DNA of 45,804 bases from Eubacteriales bacterium (GTDB lineage: Bacteria; Bacillota; Clostridia; Oscillospirales; CAG-272), in the NCBI GenBank assembly GCA_045632705.1, contig JAZQXE010000121.1, positions 1-45,804 on the forward strand, written 5' to 3'. Each line of letters opens with the position of its first letter. Within the stretch, counting starts at the first letter, position 1. Made by a program: the position numbers and the translations under genes. Positions 9,188 to 18,451 of the stretch are shown here, one piece after another. The notes under the pieces are model-generated. The model made no database searches and was not told the DNA's origin. It saw nothing but the letters and a program-made list of their open reading frames with translations.

Positions 9188-9939
9188 TATCCTATTAACG
9201 TATCGGTCAAAAGCATCAGGCAAAAGCCTAAAAGCAAGGAATAGGTTGCCGCACGCTCACATCCGTGGGAATGAGTCTCGGGGATCATCTCGTCGCTTAT
9301 AACGTAGAGCATAGTACCGCCCGCAAAAGCAAGGGCGAATGGCAATACCGCAGTTGAAAGGCTCACCGCGAAATAGCCGATGAGAGTTCCCAATATCTCA
9401 ACCGCGCCCGTCAACGCGGCAAATACGAGGGTTCGTTTTGCGCTTACTCCTGCCGAGAGCATAGGAGCGATAATAACCATTCCCTCGGGTATATTCTGAA
9501 GTGCTATACCTCCCGCAATAAACAACGCGGCACTCGTATCTTCGGAGCCAAATCCTACGCCCGCCGCTATTCCCTCGGGAAAATTATGTATTGCTATCGC
9601 GATAACGAACAACAATACCTTGTCAAGAGAGGCGTTTTTGTGTGCTTCTATATCCGCTCCCGCCATTTTGTGAAGATGAGGCACGAGCTTGTCTATCAAG
9701 CTAAGGCAAAACGCTCCCGCAAATATCCCCAATATAGTTATAACGATACCGAATCTGCCACCGTACTCAACGGAAGGGAGAATAAGTCCCAAAACCGCCG
9801 CCGCAAGCATTACTCCTGCGGCAAACGCGAGTATCACGTCGGAAAAGGCGTGAGACGCTTTTCTGAACGCAAAGCCGACAAGCGCTCCTATAACAGTAGC
9901 GCCTCCGACTCCTGCAGCTGTCAACAATACGAGTTCCAT
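9187..9939 (-). CDS. zupT: ZIP-family metal transporter (GufA/ZupT type)
   Basis: FAAGVML, HNFPEG, QNIPEG, EMIPE; GGAGG RBS before ATG 9939. Confidence 0.9.
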   Translation of the reverse strand: MELVLLTAAGVGGATVIGALVGFAFRKASHAFSDVILAFAAGVMLAAAVLGLILPSVEYGGRFGIVITILGIFAGAFCLSLIDKLVPHLHKMAGADIEAHKNASLDKVLLFVIAIAIHNFPEGIAAGVGFGSEDTSAALFIAGGIALQNIPEGMVIIAPMLSAGVSAKRTLVFAALTGAVEILGTLIGYFAVSLSTAVLPFALAFAGGTMLYVISDEMIPETHSHGCERAATYSLLLGFCLMLLTDTLIG

Positions 9940-10004
9940 ATACCCTCCAAAAGACTGCCCACAGCCCCAAAAAGTGGCTGTGGGCAAACGTTAAGACGAC
10001 TTTA

Positions 10005-10385
10005 TTATACCTCAGCTTTCCAAAGACCGTGGAGATTGCAATACGCGTAAACCGCTATGGGCTTCTCCTCAGCCAATGCAAAGGTTATCTCGGGGGCAGC
10101 ACCGACGGCGAGATTCTTTCTCTGACCGCCCTTATCCGTCTGCAGATATACCCAGAGGATGCTATGCTCCTCGCTCATAGGATGTGCAACGGACCCTATC
10201 TTGACGACTACCGTATCACCGACGCACTCAACGACGGGAACGTGCTTTTCTACGCTCGCGTCTACTTCACCCGGTACGAGCTCCTTCATCTTCTGTCCGC
10301 AGCATACGAGCGGTACCCCTGCATCGTGGATCTTTCCTACTATATTTCCGCAATGCTCGCAAATGTAAAATCTTGTCTCTTTCAT
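10005..10385 (-). CDS. dfx: Desulfoferrodoxin / superoxide reductase
   Basis: CxxC...CCG centre I; EKHVP, HPM..EH, CNLHGLW centre II. Confidence 0.93.
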   Translation of the reverse strand: MKETRFYICEHCGNIVGKIHDAGVPLVCCGQKMKELVPGEVDASVEKHVPVVECVGDTVVVKIGSVAHPMSEEHSILWVYLQTDKGGQRKNLAVGAAPEITFALAEEKPIAVYAYCNLHGLWKAEV

Positions 10386-10415
10386 TTTCAGTTCTCCTTA
10401 AAAATCAAATTTATT

Positions 10416-11450
10416 TTAAAAACATTTATTATCTTTACAGTCCTGAGCAGAGCCGCCCTTGTAGCACAGCTCGTTTTCACACTGACCTGTGCCGAAAAAC
10501 GTAACGAGATTGCTAACGGTGGTCTGTGCTATATTCGACAACGCCTCCTCGGTCAGAAACGCCTGATGCGAGGTAACTATGACGTTTGGCATAGATATTA
10601 GTCGTGCGAGGATATCGTCGTCGATGATGTGTCCCGAAAAATCCTCAAAGAAGATATCCGACTCCTCCTCGTAAACGTCAAGGCACGCAGCACCAACCTT
10701 TCTTGATTTAATACCCGCAAGCAGTGCCTCGGCATCAACGAGCGCTCCGCGTGAGGTATTGAGAATAACTATACCGCGCTTGCACTTCTCGATGCTTTTT
10801 TCATCTATGATGTGATAAGTCTCTTCCGTAAGAGGACAATGAAGCGATATGATATCGCTTTGCTCGAATATCGTATCGAGATCAACGTATCTGACCTTTC
10901 CCTCAGCTTCCAGTTGCTTGTCGGGATATTTGTCATACGCTATGACGTTCATGCCAAATCCAAGACAGATATTGATAAATACGCGGCCGATCTTTCCCGT
11001 TCCGATCACTCCGACGGTCTTTGAATAAAGATCAAAACCCGTCATCCCTGCAAGGCTGAAATTGTAGTCTCTTGTCCTTATATACGCCTTGTGTATTCTT
11101 CTTATCGAGGTAAGCAGCATTGCCATAGTATGCTCTGCCACCGCATACGGAGAGTAAGCGGGCACTCTGAGCACGTGGATCTTTTTATAGGCGTATTTCA
11201 TATCTACGTTGTTAAATCCAGCACACCTTAGCGCAACGACGCCCACACCGTACTCACAGAGCCTGTCGATAACGGAGGCGTGTACCGTGTCGTTTACGAA
11301 AACGCAGACAGCGTCGTATCCCCTGGCAAGTCCTACCGTATCTTCGTTCAGTTTTGTTTCGTAAAAGGTATATTCTACGCCGTATTTTTCTCCGAATTCC
11401 GTAAACGAAGGTCTGTCATACGGCTTGGTATCAAAAAATGCTATCTTCAA
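10416..11450 (-). CDS. ldhA: D-lactate dehydrogenase (D-2-hydroxyacid dehydrogenase)
   Basis: LRCAGFNNVD, RVPAYSPYAVAEH, GTGKIG, NTSRG, DVYEEE, TSHQAF; TTG start. Confidence 0.88.
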   Translation of the reverse strand: MKIAFFDTKPYDRPSFTEFGEKYGVEYTFYETKLNEDTVGLARGYDAVCVFVNDTVHASVIDRLCEYGVGVVALRCAGFNNVDMKYAYKKIHVLRVPAYSPYAVAEHTMAMLLTSIRRIHKAYIRTRDYNFSLAGMTGFDLYSKTVGVIGTGKIGRVFINICLGFGMNVIAYDKYPDKQLEAEGKVRYVDLDTIFEQSDIISLHCPLTEETYHIIDEKSIEKCKRGIVILNTSRGALVDAEALLAGIKSRKVGAACLDVYEEESDIFFEDFSGHIIDDDILARLISMPNVIVTSHQAFLTEEALSNIAQTTVSNLVTFFGTGQCENELCYKGGSAQDCKDNKCF

Positions 11451-11609
11451 TTTAATTTCTCTCCCCTACTGTAAATATATTAGCATAACAAATAATGAAA
11501 AAATATTGAAAATTCAACAAGATCGATTTTTATTTATTATTTCACGTTATGCCGAAAATATCACGTACGGTTTTATTCTCTTAAAGTTAATTAACGCTGA
11601 ATACAAAAA

Positions 11610-11756
11610 TTATTCTCCGCATTTTTTGGAGTTGCAGCACGTTTTTGCATGCGGACATCCGATACACTTTTCTCCTCGTTTTTTAGCCTTATAAACGTAA
11701 GAGGCGGCACCGCCAAGTACTGCAAGCAACACGAGTACGACGATAAAAGTTTCCAT
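11610..11756 (-). CDS. FeoB-associated Cys-rich small membrane protein (48 aa)
   Basis: Below the ORF-track cutoff. Manual translation METFIVVLVLLAVLGGAASYVYKAKKRGEKCIGCPHAKTCCNSKKCGE*, directly after feoB with an AAGGA RBS. Confidence 0.85.
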   Translation of the reverse strand: METFIVVLVLLAVLGGAASYVYKAKKRGEKCIGCPHAKTCCNSKKCGE

Positions 11757-11792
11757 ACACTTATCCTTAAAATATCGTTTTATTCATTTGTT

Positions 11793-13802
11793 TTACGCTT
11801 TGCGCGATTTTGCCTTTGCCTTAAGTGAAAGTGCGACGAGCACGAAAGCGAAGCACGCAACAGCGACGCCTCCACATATTGCCGCAACGACGTCAAGAGA
11901 AGCGGGAGCGGTCAAGAGCATTCCTATCGTATAAACGAGATAGGCTATGGTGTAGCCCTCACCGAGTTGAAACAGGATCGCGGCAAAAAACCACTTGGTG
12001 CTCTTAAGCTCCGAGTTCATGGCTCCAATAGCCGCAAAGCAAGGCGGCGAGAATAAATTGAACATCAAAAACGCGAGTGCCGCGACACTAGATATTCCAA
12101 AAACTCCGACGATGCCGGACGCTGCGCCTTCAGCCATAGTGAGCGACTCTACGTCGATAAGGTTTGATATGCCGTAGCATACTGCGAGCGTGCCGACGAC
12201 GTTTTCCTTTGCAATAAAGCCGGTAATGATTGCCGCCGTCATCTGCCACGCCTTGATCCCTATCGGAATAAACAACACTGATATGGGACGGGCGATGCTC
12301 GCAAGGATGGAGGTTGACTGATCCCCCTCGCCGACGAGACTAAAGCTCCAATCAAACGACTGCATAACGAAGACCGCCGCATTGCACAAAAGGATTATCG
12401 TTCCTGCTTTTACGATATACGCCCAGCCGCGATCAAGCATCGATCTGAACGCTCTGTACAGAGACGGTATCTTGTATTCGGGAAGCTCGATGATAAAATA
12501 GGATTGCTTTTTAGCTCCGGTAACCGCCTTGATGATGAGGGCGCTGAAGAAAATTATCAAAATTCCCGCAAAATACATCAGAACTCCGACGTAGGAAGCG
12601 TCTGCGAAAAAGGCACCTGCAAAAAGGCTGATAACGGGAAGCTTTGCTCCGCAGGGCATCAAGGGGGCGAGCATTGCGGTCGCTCTGCGCTCACCCTCGT
12701 CTCTGATCGTTCTGCACGCCATAACTCCGGGGACGGCACATCCCGTACCGATAACGAAAGGAATGACGGACTTGCCCGACAAGCCTACCTTTTTGAATAT
12801 AGGATCAAGCACTACGGAAACGCGCGCCATGTATCCGCAATCTTCAAGAAGAGCGATGAGAAAATACATAACCATAACGAGAGGCAAAAATCCGACTACG
12901 GCACTAAATCCACCGATCACGCCCTCACAGAGAAGCGCTACGAGAAAGTCGTTTCCGCCCTCAAGCGCACCTGCTACCCATTCCTTGAACATATCGATAT
13001 AGCTGACAAGTCCAGGGACGGTGACTCCGAATATCTCAACGCCCTCGGCTATCCACAAGCCAAGCCACGACTGCGATATTGAGAAGACAAGGAACATAAC
13101 TACCGCAAATATCGGAATACCTACCCATTTATTAGTAAGAACGGCGTCTATCTTGTCGTTGACGTTTTTTTCGCGCGTGATTATTTTTTTCTTTTCAGCC
13201 TCAGACACTATTCCCTTTACGAATTCAAAGCGTCTGCGGTCGTCCTCGTTTACGGCTTTTTTGCTGTTTTCGTCGGAGACGTTTTTCTTGTAAGGGGGGA
13301 TGGGGTGAGTACCTACTACGTTTTTTACCTCATTTATAAGCTCAAAAAGGCCGTCGTTTGAAGTAGACACGGTGGTAACAACGGGGCAACCGAGCTTTTC
13401 GGAAAGAATACCGACGTCGATATCCGTTTCCCTTTTTTCGTTTATATCGCTTTTATTTAAAGCTACGACAACGGGAATACCAAGCTCAAGCAACTGAGTA
13501 GTGAAAAACAGGCTGCGGCTCAAATTCGTGGCGTCAACTATGTTGATTATAGCATCGAGCGATTCGTTGTTTATATAGTCGCTCGTTACGTTTTCTTCAC
13601 TGGTAAAGGGAGACATAGAATATGCCCCGGGCAAGTCGACTATTATCATGGGAGAGTCGGCGTTAAAGCTCTTCTTTAACGGATGCTCCTTTTTCTCGAC
13701 TGTTACTCCTGCCCAGTTACCGACAGTTTCGTTTTGTCCGGTCAGGCAATTATACATCGTTGTCTTTCCGCTGTTTGGATTTCCCGCCAGGGCGATTCTC
13801 AT
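11793..13802 (-). CDS. feoB: Ferrous iron transporter B
   Basis: GNPNSGKT, NWAGVT, DLPGAYS, NKSD GTPase motifs; LEDCGYMAR, GCAVPG, PCFAA membrane motifs. Confidence 0.95.
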   Translation of the reverse strand: MRIALAGNPNSGKTTMYNCLTGQNETVGNWAGVTVEKKEHPLKKSFNADSPMIIVDLPGAYSMSPFTSEENVTSDYINNESLDAIINIVDATNLSRSLFFTTQLLELGIPVVVALNKSDINEKRETDIDVGILSEKLGCPVVTTVSTSNDGLFELINEVKNVVGTHPIPPYKKNVSDENSKKAVNEDDRRRFEFVKGIVSEAEKKKIITREKNVNDKIDAVLTNKWVGIPIFAVVMFLVFSISQSWLGLWIAEGVEIFGVTVPGLVSYIDMFKEWVAGALEGGNDFLVALLCEGVIGGFSAVVGFLPLVMVMYFLIALLEDCGYMARVSVVLDPIFKKVGLSGKSVIPFVIGTGCAVPGVMACRTIRDEGERRATAMLAPLMPCGAKLPVISLFAGAFFADASYVGVLMYFAGILIIFFSALIIKAVTGAKKQSYFIIELPEYKIPSLYRAFRSMLDRGWAYIVKAGTIILLCNAAVFVMQSFDWSFSLVGEGDQSTSILASIARPISVLFIPIGIKAWQMTAAIITGFIAKENVVGTLAVCYGISNLIDVESLTMAEGAASGIVGVFGISSVAALAFLMFNLFSPPCFAAIGAMNSELKSTKWFFAAILFQLGEGYTIAYLVYTIGMLLTAPASLDVVAAICGGVAVACFAFVLVALSLKAKAKSRKA

Positions 13803-13847
13803 AAATGATCCTCCGAAAACTCCTATTAGAGTTTGTTTTTAACGTCA

Positions 13848-13863
13848 GTTAGTCCCAACTAAC
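13848..13863. promoter_or_regulatory. Palindromic operator between feoA and feoB (DtxR/IdeR-like box)
   Basis: gttagt-ccca-actaac; second copy at 14164-14181. Confidence 0.6.
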
Positions 13864-13899
13864 CTCATTGTAAAAATAAACCGATGACAAGACGTCATC

Positions 13900-14115
13900 T
13901 CAAATACTTATAGCTTTAGCAAGGTTGTTGTCTATATGGTAACGTCCGTCCTTTATAGAAACGATACAACCACCGCTGAGTCGTGATACGACGGTGATAG
14001 GCTCTCCGCTGTAACAGCCAAGACTAAAAAGAAACGAATCCATTTCCTCGTCCTTGGTGTCTATATCGCGTATGATATACTCCTTGCCTTCCTCAGCATT
14101 CTTTAAATTCATCAT
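13900..14115 (-). CDS. feoA: Ferrous iron transport protein A
   Basis: 71-aa SH3-like protein (FLFSLGCYSGEPITV) directly upstream of feoB. Confidence 0.9.
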   Translation of the reverse strand: MMNLKNAEEGKEYIIRDIDTKDEEMDSFLFSLGCYSGEPITVVSRLSGGCIVSIKDGRYHIDNNLAKAISI

Positions 14116-14163
14116 ATACTCCGTATTTACAAAATAAACGGTCGTCAGTGCTTGACGGTCGTC

Positions 14164-14181
14164 GGTTAGTCTTGACTAACC
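14164..14181. promoter_or_regulatory. Palindromic operator upstream of feoA (DtxR/IdeR-like box)
   Basis: ggttagtc-tt-gactaacc, perfect 8-bp arms. Confidence 0.65.
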
Positions 14182-14343
14182 CTATCTAATTATACTCAAA
14201 AATACAAATAATGTCAATACAAATTTTAAAGCAAAATCGACTTGCTTTATTTTTCTATAAATTTTGCAAAGTATATAAAAGCAACAACTTGATTTTTAGT
14301 CAATTTTCCTATATAATATTAAAAAAATCAAAGGAGAATATCT

Positions 14344-15288
14344 ATGAGACTCTTGCAAGACAACGCCTTCGGACCACGCGGACAGGCAGACCCCTACATA
14401 CTCAAAAGCGGCGGAAGGTACTATATATACGTAACAGGTCAGGATGCGGTGTACGCATATCATTCAGACTCCCTCTTTTCGGGCTGGGAATACTACGGAG
14501 CAGTTATGACGGTAGAGGGACACAGAGCTTTCTGGGCGCCGAGCGTAATTGAGCTTGACGGAAAGTATTATATGTACAATTCCTTTGAGCTAAATGACGG
14601 ACAGGCAGATGAGAGCGGACATACCGGTGCAATGCACGTAACCGTCTCCGACTCTCCTCTTGGACCTTTCACCGATGCAAAGCAGATACTTGCCCCCTTC
14701 TCTATCGACTCGCATATCGTGAAAAACGAATCGGGACTATATCTCTTCTATTCCTCAAACAAGCACGAGGGAGAGCGCGTCGGCACTTGTATTTACGTTG
14801 TAAAGATGTCGGACCCCTACACCGTATGCGGTGAGCCCGTACTCGTTGTTGAGCCGACGCTGGACGAGGAGATATTCCAGCGAGACAGATTCAAAAAAGA
14901 TCAGCATTGGCATACGATAGAGGGTGCTTATTACTTTAACGAGGGCGATTGGCACTACGTTATGTATTCGGGCAACTGCTACCAAAAGCCCACGTATTAC
15001 ATCGGATACGCAAGGGCAAGATCAAACGAGAAGGATCTGAGGAAGATCAAGTTTGAAAAGTATCCTGACAAGGATACTTATTTGCCCGTTTTGTGTGCAA
15101 ACGATTTTGAGGAAGGCACGGGACATCATTCGCTGATAAAGGAAGACGGTGTATGGTACGCAGTATATCACGGAAGAGACTACGGCATCGTCGAAGCAGC
15201 GGGCGAGGATGCAAGAAATGCGCGCATTTGTAAGCTCAACGTAAAAGACGGAGTCATCAAAGCGGAAAGATACAAAGACCATATATGA
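14344..15288 (+). CDS. Glycoside hydrolase family 43, no signal peptide
   Basis: ADPYI, WAPSV, SPLGPF, IDSH, IEG, GTGHHS, YH five-blade propeller motifs. Confidence 0.9.
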   Translation: MRLLQDNAFGPRGQADPYILKSGGRYYIYVTGQDAVYAYHSDSLFSGWEYYGAVMTVEGHRAFWAPSVIELDGKYYMYNSFELNDGQADESGHTGAMHVTVSDSPLGPFTDAKQILAPFSIDSHIVKNESGLYLFYSSNKHEGERVGTCIYVVKMSDPYTVCGEPVLVVEPTLDEEIFQRDRFKKDQHWHTIEGAYYFNEGDWHYVMYSGNCYQKPTYYIGYARARSNEKDLRKIKFEKYPDKDTYLPVLCANDFEEGTGHHSLIKEDGVWYAVYHGRDYGIVEAAGEDARNARICKLNVKDGVIKAERYKDHI

Positions 15289-15290
15289 AA

Positions 15291-15331
15291 AAAAAGGTAT
15301 TGTAAAGCCGACGGCTTTACAATACCTTTTT
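15291..15331. terminator. Bidirectional intrinsic terminator
   Basis: Perfect inverted repeat aaaaaggtattgtaaagccg-a-cggctttacaataccttttt. Confidence 0.88.
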
Positions 15332-15333
15332 AT

Positions 15334-17322
15334 TTATCTCTTTATCTTACCCTTGATCTCGGAAAGTCCCTCGTCAAAGAACGACCAATCGTCGTGCCAA
15401 CGGAGATTTTCAAGTCTGAATGCGCAGGGCCAAGCGGGAAGCCACTGTGAAGGGCCAAAGGGCTTGACGCCGTAGCGTCCCCAACGAGTATGGAATATAG
15501 CCTCGTCCTGCGAGCCTGCGGGGCGGATACGGCCGTTGAGGTACATCGTACCGTCGGATATGCACTGACATGCGTTACACCAGAATGCAACCGCTCTTTC
15601 TCTCCACTGCTCGTAGCCGGTGATCTTGTAAAGTTCAAGGAATGAAAGAACATCACGAAGTGCGTACTGGTCCATTGCCTGATGAGGAGTAGAAACCGAT
15701 GTAGAGCCGAAAGTATCGTATCCCATTATCTTGATAAGGCAATCGTCGGGATATTCTACCGTATAGTACATCATCCAGGTACACAAGTACCAAGCGATCT
15801 TCTCTGCTCTCTCAACGTACTTTTTATCTCCCGTAACGGCGTAAAGTGCGAGCGCATCACGAAGAAGCGGAGAGGATGATTCCTTGTCGATAGAATAGGT
15901 ATCAAGCGCTCCCGCGGTAGTAAAGCCGTCATTTTCAAGTCCCTGATAGTAGAAATCAAAGGCACGGATAGCAGAATCAAGATACTTTTTGTCTCCCGTC
16001 TTTTTGTAGGCGGTGATGATGGGAAGCACGAGGAAGGTACCGATAGTTCCCTTCTTTGCTCTGACGTTACCCTTGTCGTCCCACGACTTTGCAAACGAAC
16101 CCTCGTCGTCCTGACGCTCAAGTGCAAAATCACATATAGAAAGTGCGGTCTTCAGATACTCGGGCTTGTCGATCCCGGCTTGCTTGAGAAGGTCATACGC
16201 CTCAAAGAAGCCGTCAGCGCCCGTTCCGAGATTGCAGGCGTCGTTCTGGAAAAGGATCATTCCGTTCTCGTCGCGCAAGAACTTTTTGCCCTTGAAATTC
16301 TTATAAGTCTCGAACATGCACTCGCCAAGCTTATATCTGTCGATATTTTCGTCCGTGACCTTTTCAAAGTCAACGAATCTCCAGGGATCGTAGTCTATCT
16401 TTACGCTGATGTGTCCTGCGTCACGATGTCCAAACTCTATCCACTTGTCGTGGGCGTCTATTGCCGTCTCAAGCTTTTCACGGTCGCCCGTCTGCAGATA
16501 GTCCCAGATGTAAGCGTTTGCCATAGACGCATTCTGACCTACCCAACCAAGCTCGTATCTGTGCTCCGTCTTCTTGTAGGAATGAGAGCCGGGGTACCAC
16601 TGCGCACCCACGGTAAAGCCGGCGAAACCGTTTTGTTCCTTTTGGTAAAGGTAACGGGAGAACGCGATAGACAAACGGTAAAGCTCCTCAGCCTTCATCG
16701 GTGCTTTTATCTCGTGTCCGTAATAACGCCATGCGAAATCAAGCAGGCATTTGTAGCGGTGTTTTGACCCGTCCTCGGCAGGTACGGCGAGGATTATAGC
16801 CTCAAAGTCACATTTAGGCTCCATCGTTCCCTCAAAGGCGTCGCCCCAGAAGTGACGCTGGAGAGTCTTTGGCTTCTCTTCCTCGGGGAAGATAACTACG
16901 TGAAGCTCACCCTCGTCAATTTTATAAAGAGAACAAGCGTTGTTGTCATTTTCCTTTGCCATCAGGGCAACGGAGATATCGGCGTTTTCACTGTAAGTAC
17001 AAGAAGGGATGGTAACGCGGTGGGATGCCCAAGACCAAGGCGTTCCGTCCTCCGCTCTGTCACCTACGTATTCGGCAAGAGATCCCCAGCCGTTTCCGTT
17101 ATAGCTGACAGCAGGTACCATCGTAAAATCGGGCTCACCGATCAAAAGCATCTCCATGCGCATTTTGTCGGTAGGCACGCTCGTTTTTCTGTGCCAAAGC
17201 CATTTTCCGTCCTCAATAGGCTCGAAGGTGTCAACCGCTCCCTCGACGCCGAGTATTTTTGCATACTCTTTTCCGTTAAGCTCGATCGCGTGACCGTAAT
17301 CGGTCTTTTTGATACTAACCAT
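15334..17322 (-). CDS. Putative (alpha/alpha)6-barrel glycosidase-like protein, family unassigned
   Basis: Repeated AYxxTGDKKYLxxA helical-hairpin motifs; GGAGG RBS before ATG 17322. Confidence 0.6.
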   Translation of the reverse strand: MVSIKKTDYGHAIELNGKEYAKILGVEGAVDTFEPIEDGKWLWHRKTSVPTDKMRMEMLLIGEPDFTMVPAVSYNGNGWGSLAEYVGDRAEDGTPWSWASHRVTIPSCTYSENADISVALMAKENDNNACSLYKIDEGELHVVIFPEEEKPKTLQRHFWGDAFEGTMEPKCDFEAIILAVPAEDGSKHRYKCLLDFAWRYYGHEIKAPMKAEELYRLSIAFSRYLYQKEQNGFAGFTVGAQWYPGSHSYKKTEHRYELGWVGQNASMANAYIWDYLQTGDREKLETAIDAHDKWIEFGHRDAGHISVKIDYDPWRFVDFEKVTDENIDRYKLGECMFETYKNFKGKKFLRDENGMILFQNDACNLGTGADGFFEAYDLLKQAGIDKPEYLKTALSICDFALERQDDEGSFAKSWDDKGNVRAKKGTIGTFLVLPIITAYKKTGDKKYLDSAIRAFDFYYQGLENDGFTTAGALDTYSIDKESSSPLLRDALALYAVTGDKKYVERAEKIAWYLCTWMMYYTVEYPDDCLIKIMGYDTFGSTSVSTPHQAMDQYALRDVLSFLELYKITGYEQWRERAVAFWCNACQCISDGTMYLNGRIRPAGSQDEAIFHTRWGRYGVKPFGPSQWLPAWPCAFRLENLRWHDDWSFFDEGLSEIKGKIKR

Positions 17323-17439
17323 TTCAGTCCTCCGTGCAGAAAATTTATTCATTTAGATTATAAAGCACTATCGTCTTTTTTTCAATGCAAAAAAAGAAAA
17401 GGTTTTTGCGAAAAATCACATTTTATAGTAAATACAAAG

Positions 17440-17925
17440 TTATTTTATCTTTACACCCTTGTCGGCGAAAAATTTTACAAGCTCATCCCCGTCTCCGAGT
17501 GAAAAGCCGTCTTTTTTAAAGGTGTATATTAACTTCTTACTTGATATAACGAAAATAAATTTTTTAGTCGTAAATCCCTTTTTCAGATCCTTGATATCTA
17601 TGTCGTACTCCGTACCGGTGGAGTGAGTGATGTGTATCAGCTCGTCGGTTATCTCGGAGGACACCTCTATCGGCTGCTTGTGAAGCTCAATATCACGTTC
17701 AAGCGAGAGCTTGACGTTTTTTCTGTAAGTGAGCAGCTGTATCACGGGAAAGATAAGAGAAAAAGCCACGAAAAGTGCCGAGCCATCTATAATGCCGAAC
17801 ACGAAATAAATACTAAGGACAACGTCTATTGCCACTATTATCGGCCGCCTGAAATGAACGTAGAAGAAGGCGTCCTTTGCCCATTCTTCATCTCTTACGT
17901 ATTTATTTATAAATTTAGTTTCCAT
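17440..17925 (-). CDS. YcxB-like membrane protein
   Basis: Two N-terminal TM helices plus a C-terminal PH-like beta region ending FKKDGF..GD...LVKFF. Confidence 0.65.
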   Translation of the reverse strand: METKFINKYVRDEEWAKDAFFYVHFRRPIIVAIDVVLSIYFVFGIIDGSALFVAFSLIFPVIQLLTYRKNVKLSLERDIELHKQPIEVSSEITDELIHITHSTGTEYDIDIKDLKKGFTTKKFIFVISSKKLIYTFKKDGFSLGDGDELVKFFADKGVKIK

Positions 17926-17935
17926 ACTCTTCCCC

Positions 17936-18370
17936 TTACTTTTTCAGTTCGACGTACGAAAGAACGCCAAATCCGCATTTTTCGTAAACGTGAAGCGCCT
18001 TCTCGTTTTCTCGTTCCGCTTCAAGTCGGAATATCGAGTTTTCGTATTCCCTCTCAATAAAGGCAAAAAAATCGGTGGCTATACCACGTGAGCGATATTC
18101 CTCTTTGAGATAAATATCCTCTATCCAGATGCATCTTTTGCCAAATTCGGTTGAAAAGCTCTTTGCAAGCATTGCGTACCCTTGTATAATTCCGTCCTCT
18201 TCAAATACGTATCCCACAAGATATGGAGAGTCGGAAACACATGCGTCGATGTCCGCTGTAAAGATCTCGTCCGAGCCGTTTGTAAAAACGGCGTCGGAGG
18301 CGTAGAAGACCTCCATCATAGAATAGACCTCCGCTCTGTCTTGCTCCGTCATTTTTCTGATCTTGCTCAT
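17936..18370 (-). CDS. GNAT-family N-acetyltransferase
   Basis: IEDIYLKEEYRSRGIA, NEKALHVYEKCGF; AAAGGAG RBS before ATG 18370. Confidence 0.9.
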   Translation of the reverse strand: MSKIRKMTEQDRAEVYSMMEVFYASDAVFTNGSDEIFTADIDACVSDSPYLVGYVFEEDGIIQGYAMLAKSFSTEFGKRCIWIEDIYLKEEYRSRGIATDFFAFIEREYENSIFRLEAERENEKALHVYEKCGFGVLSYVELKK

Positions 18371-18451
18371 TTGTATGACTCCTTTATTGCTCGGTTGGGC
18401 GAGCTGATATACGACAAGCGCCGATATAAACATATCGGCACTTGTAAAAAA

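Noticed and set aside
11480-11530. AT-rich stretch upstream of ldhA as a Fur/PerR box
   Set aside because: No convincing dyad symmetry; not distinguishable from AT-rich background.
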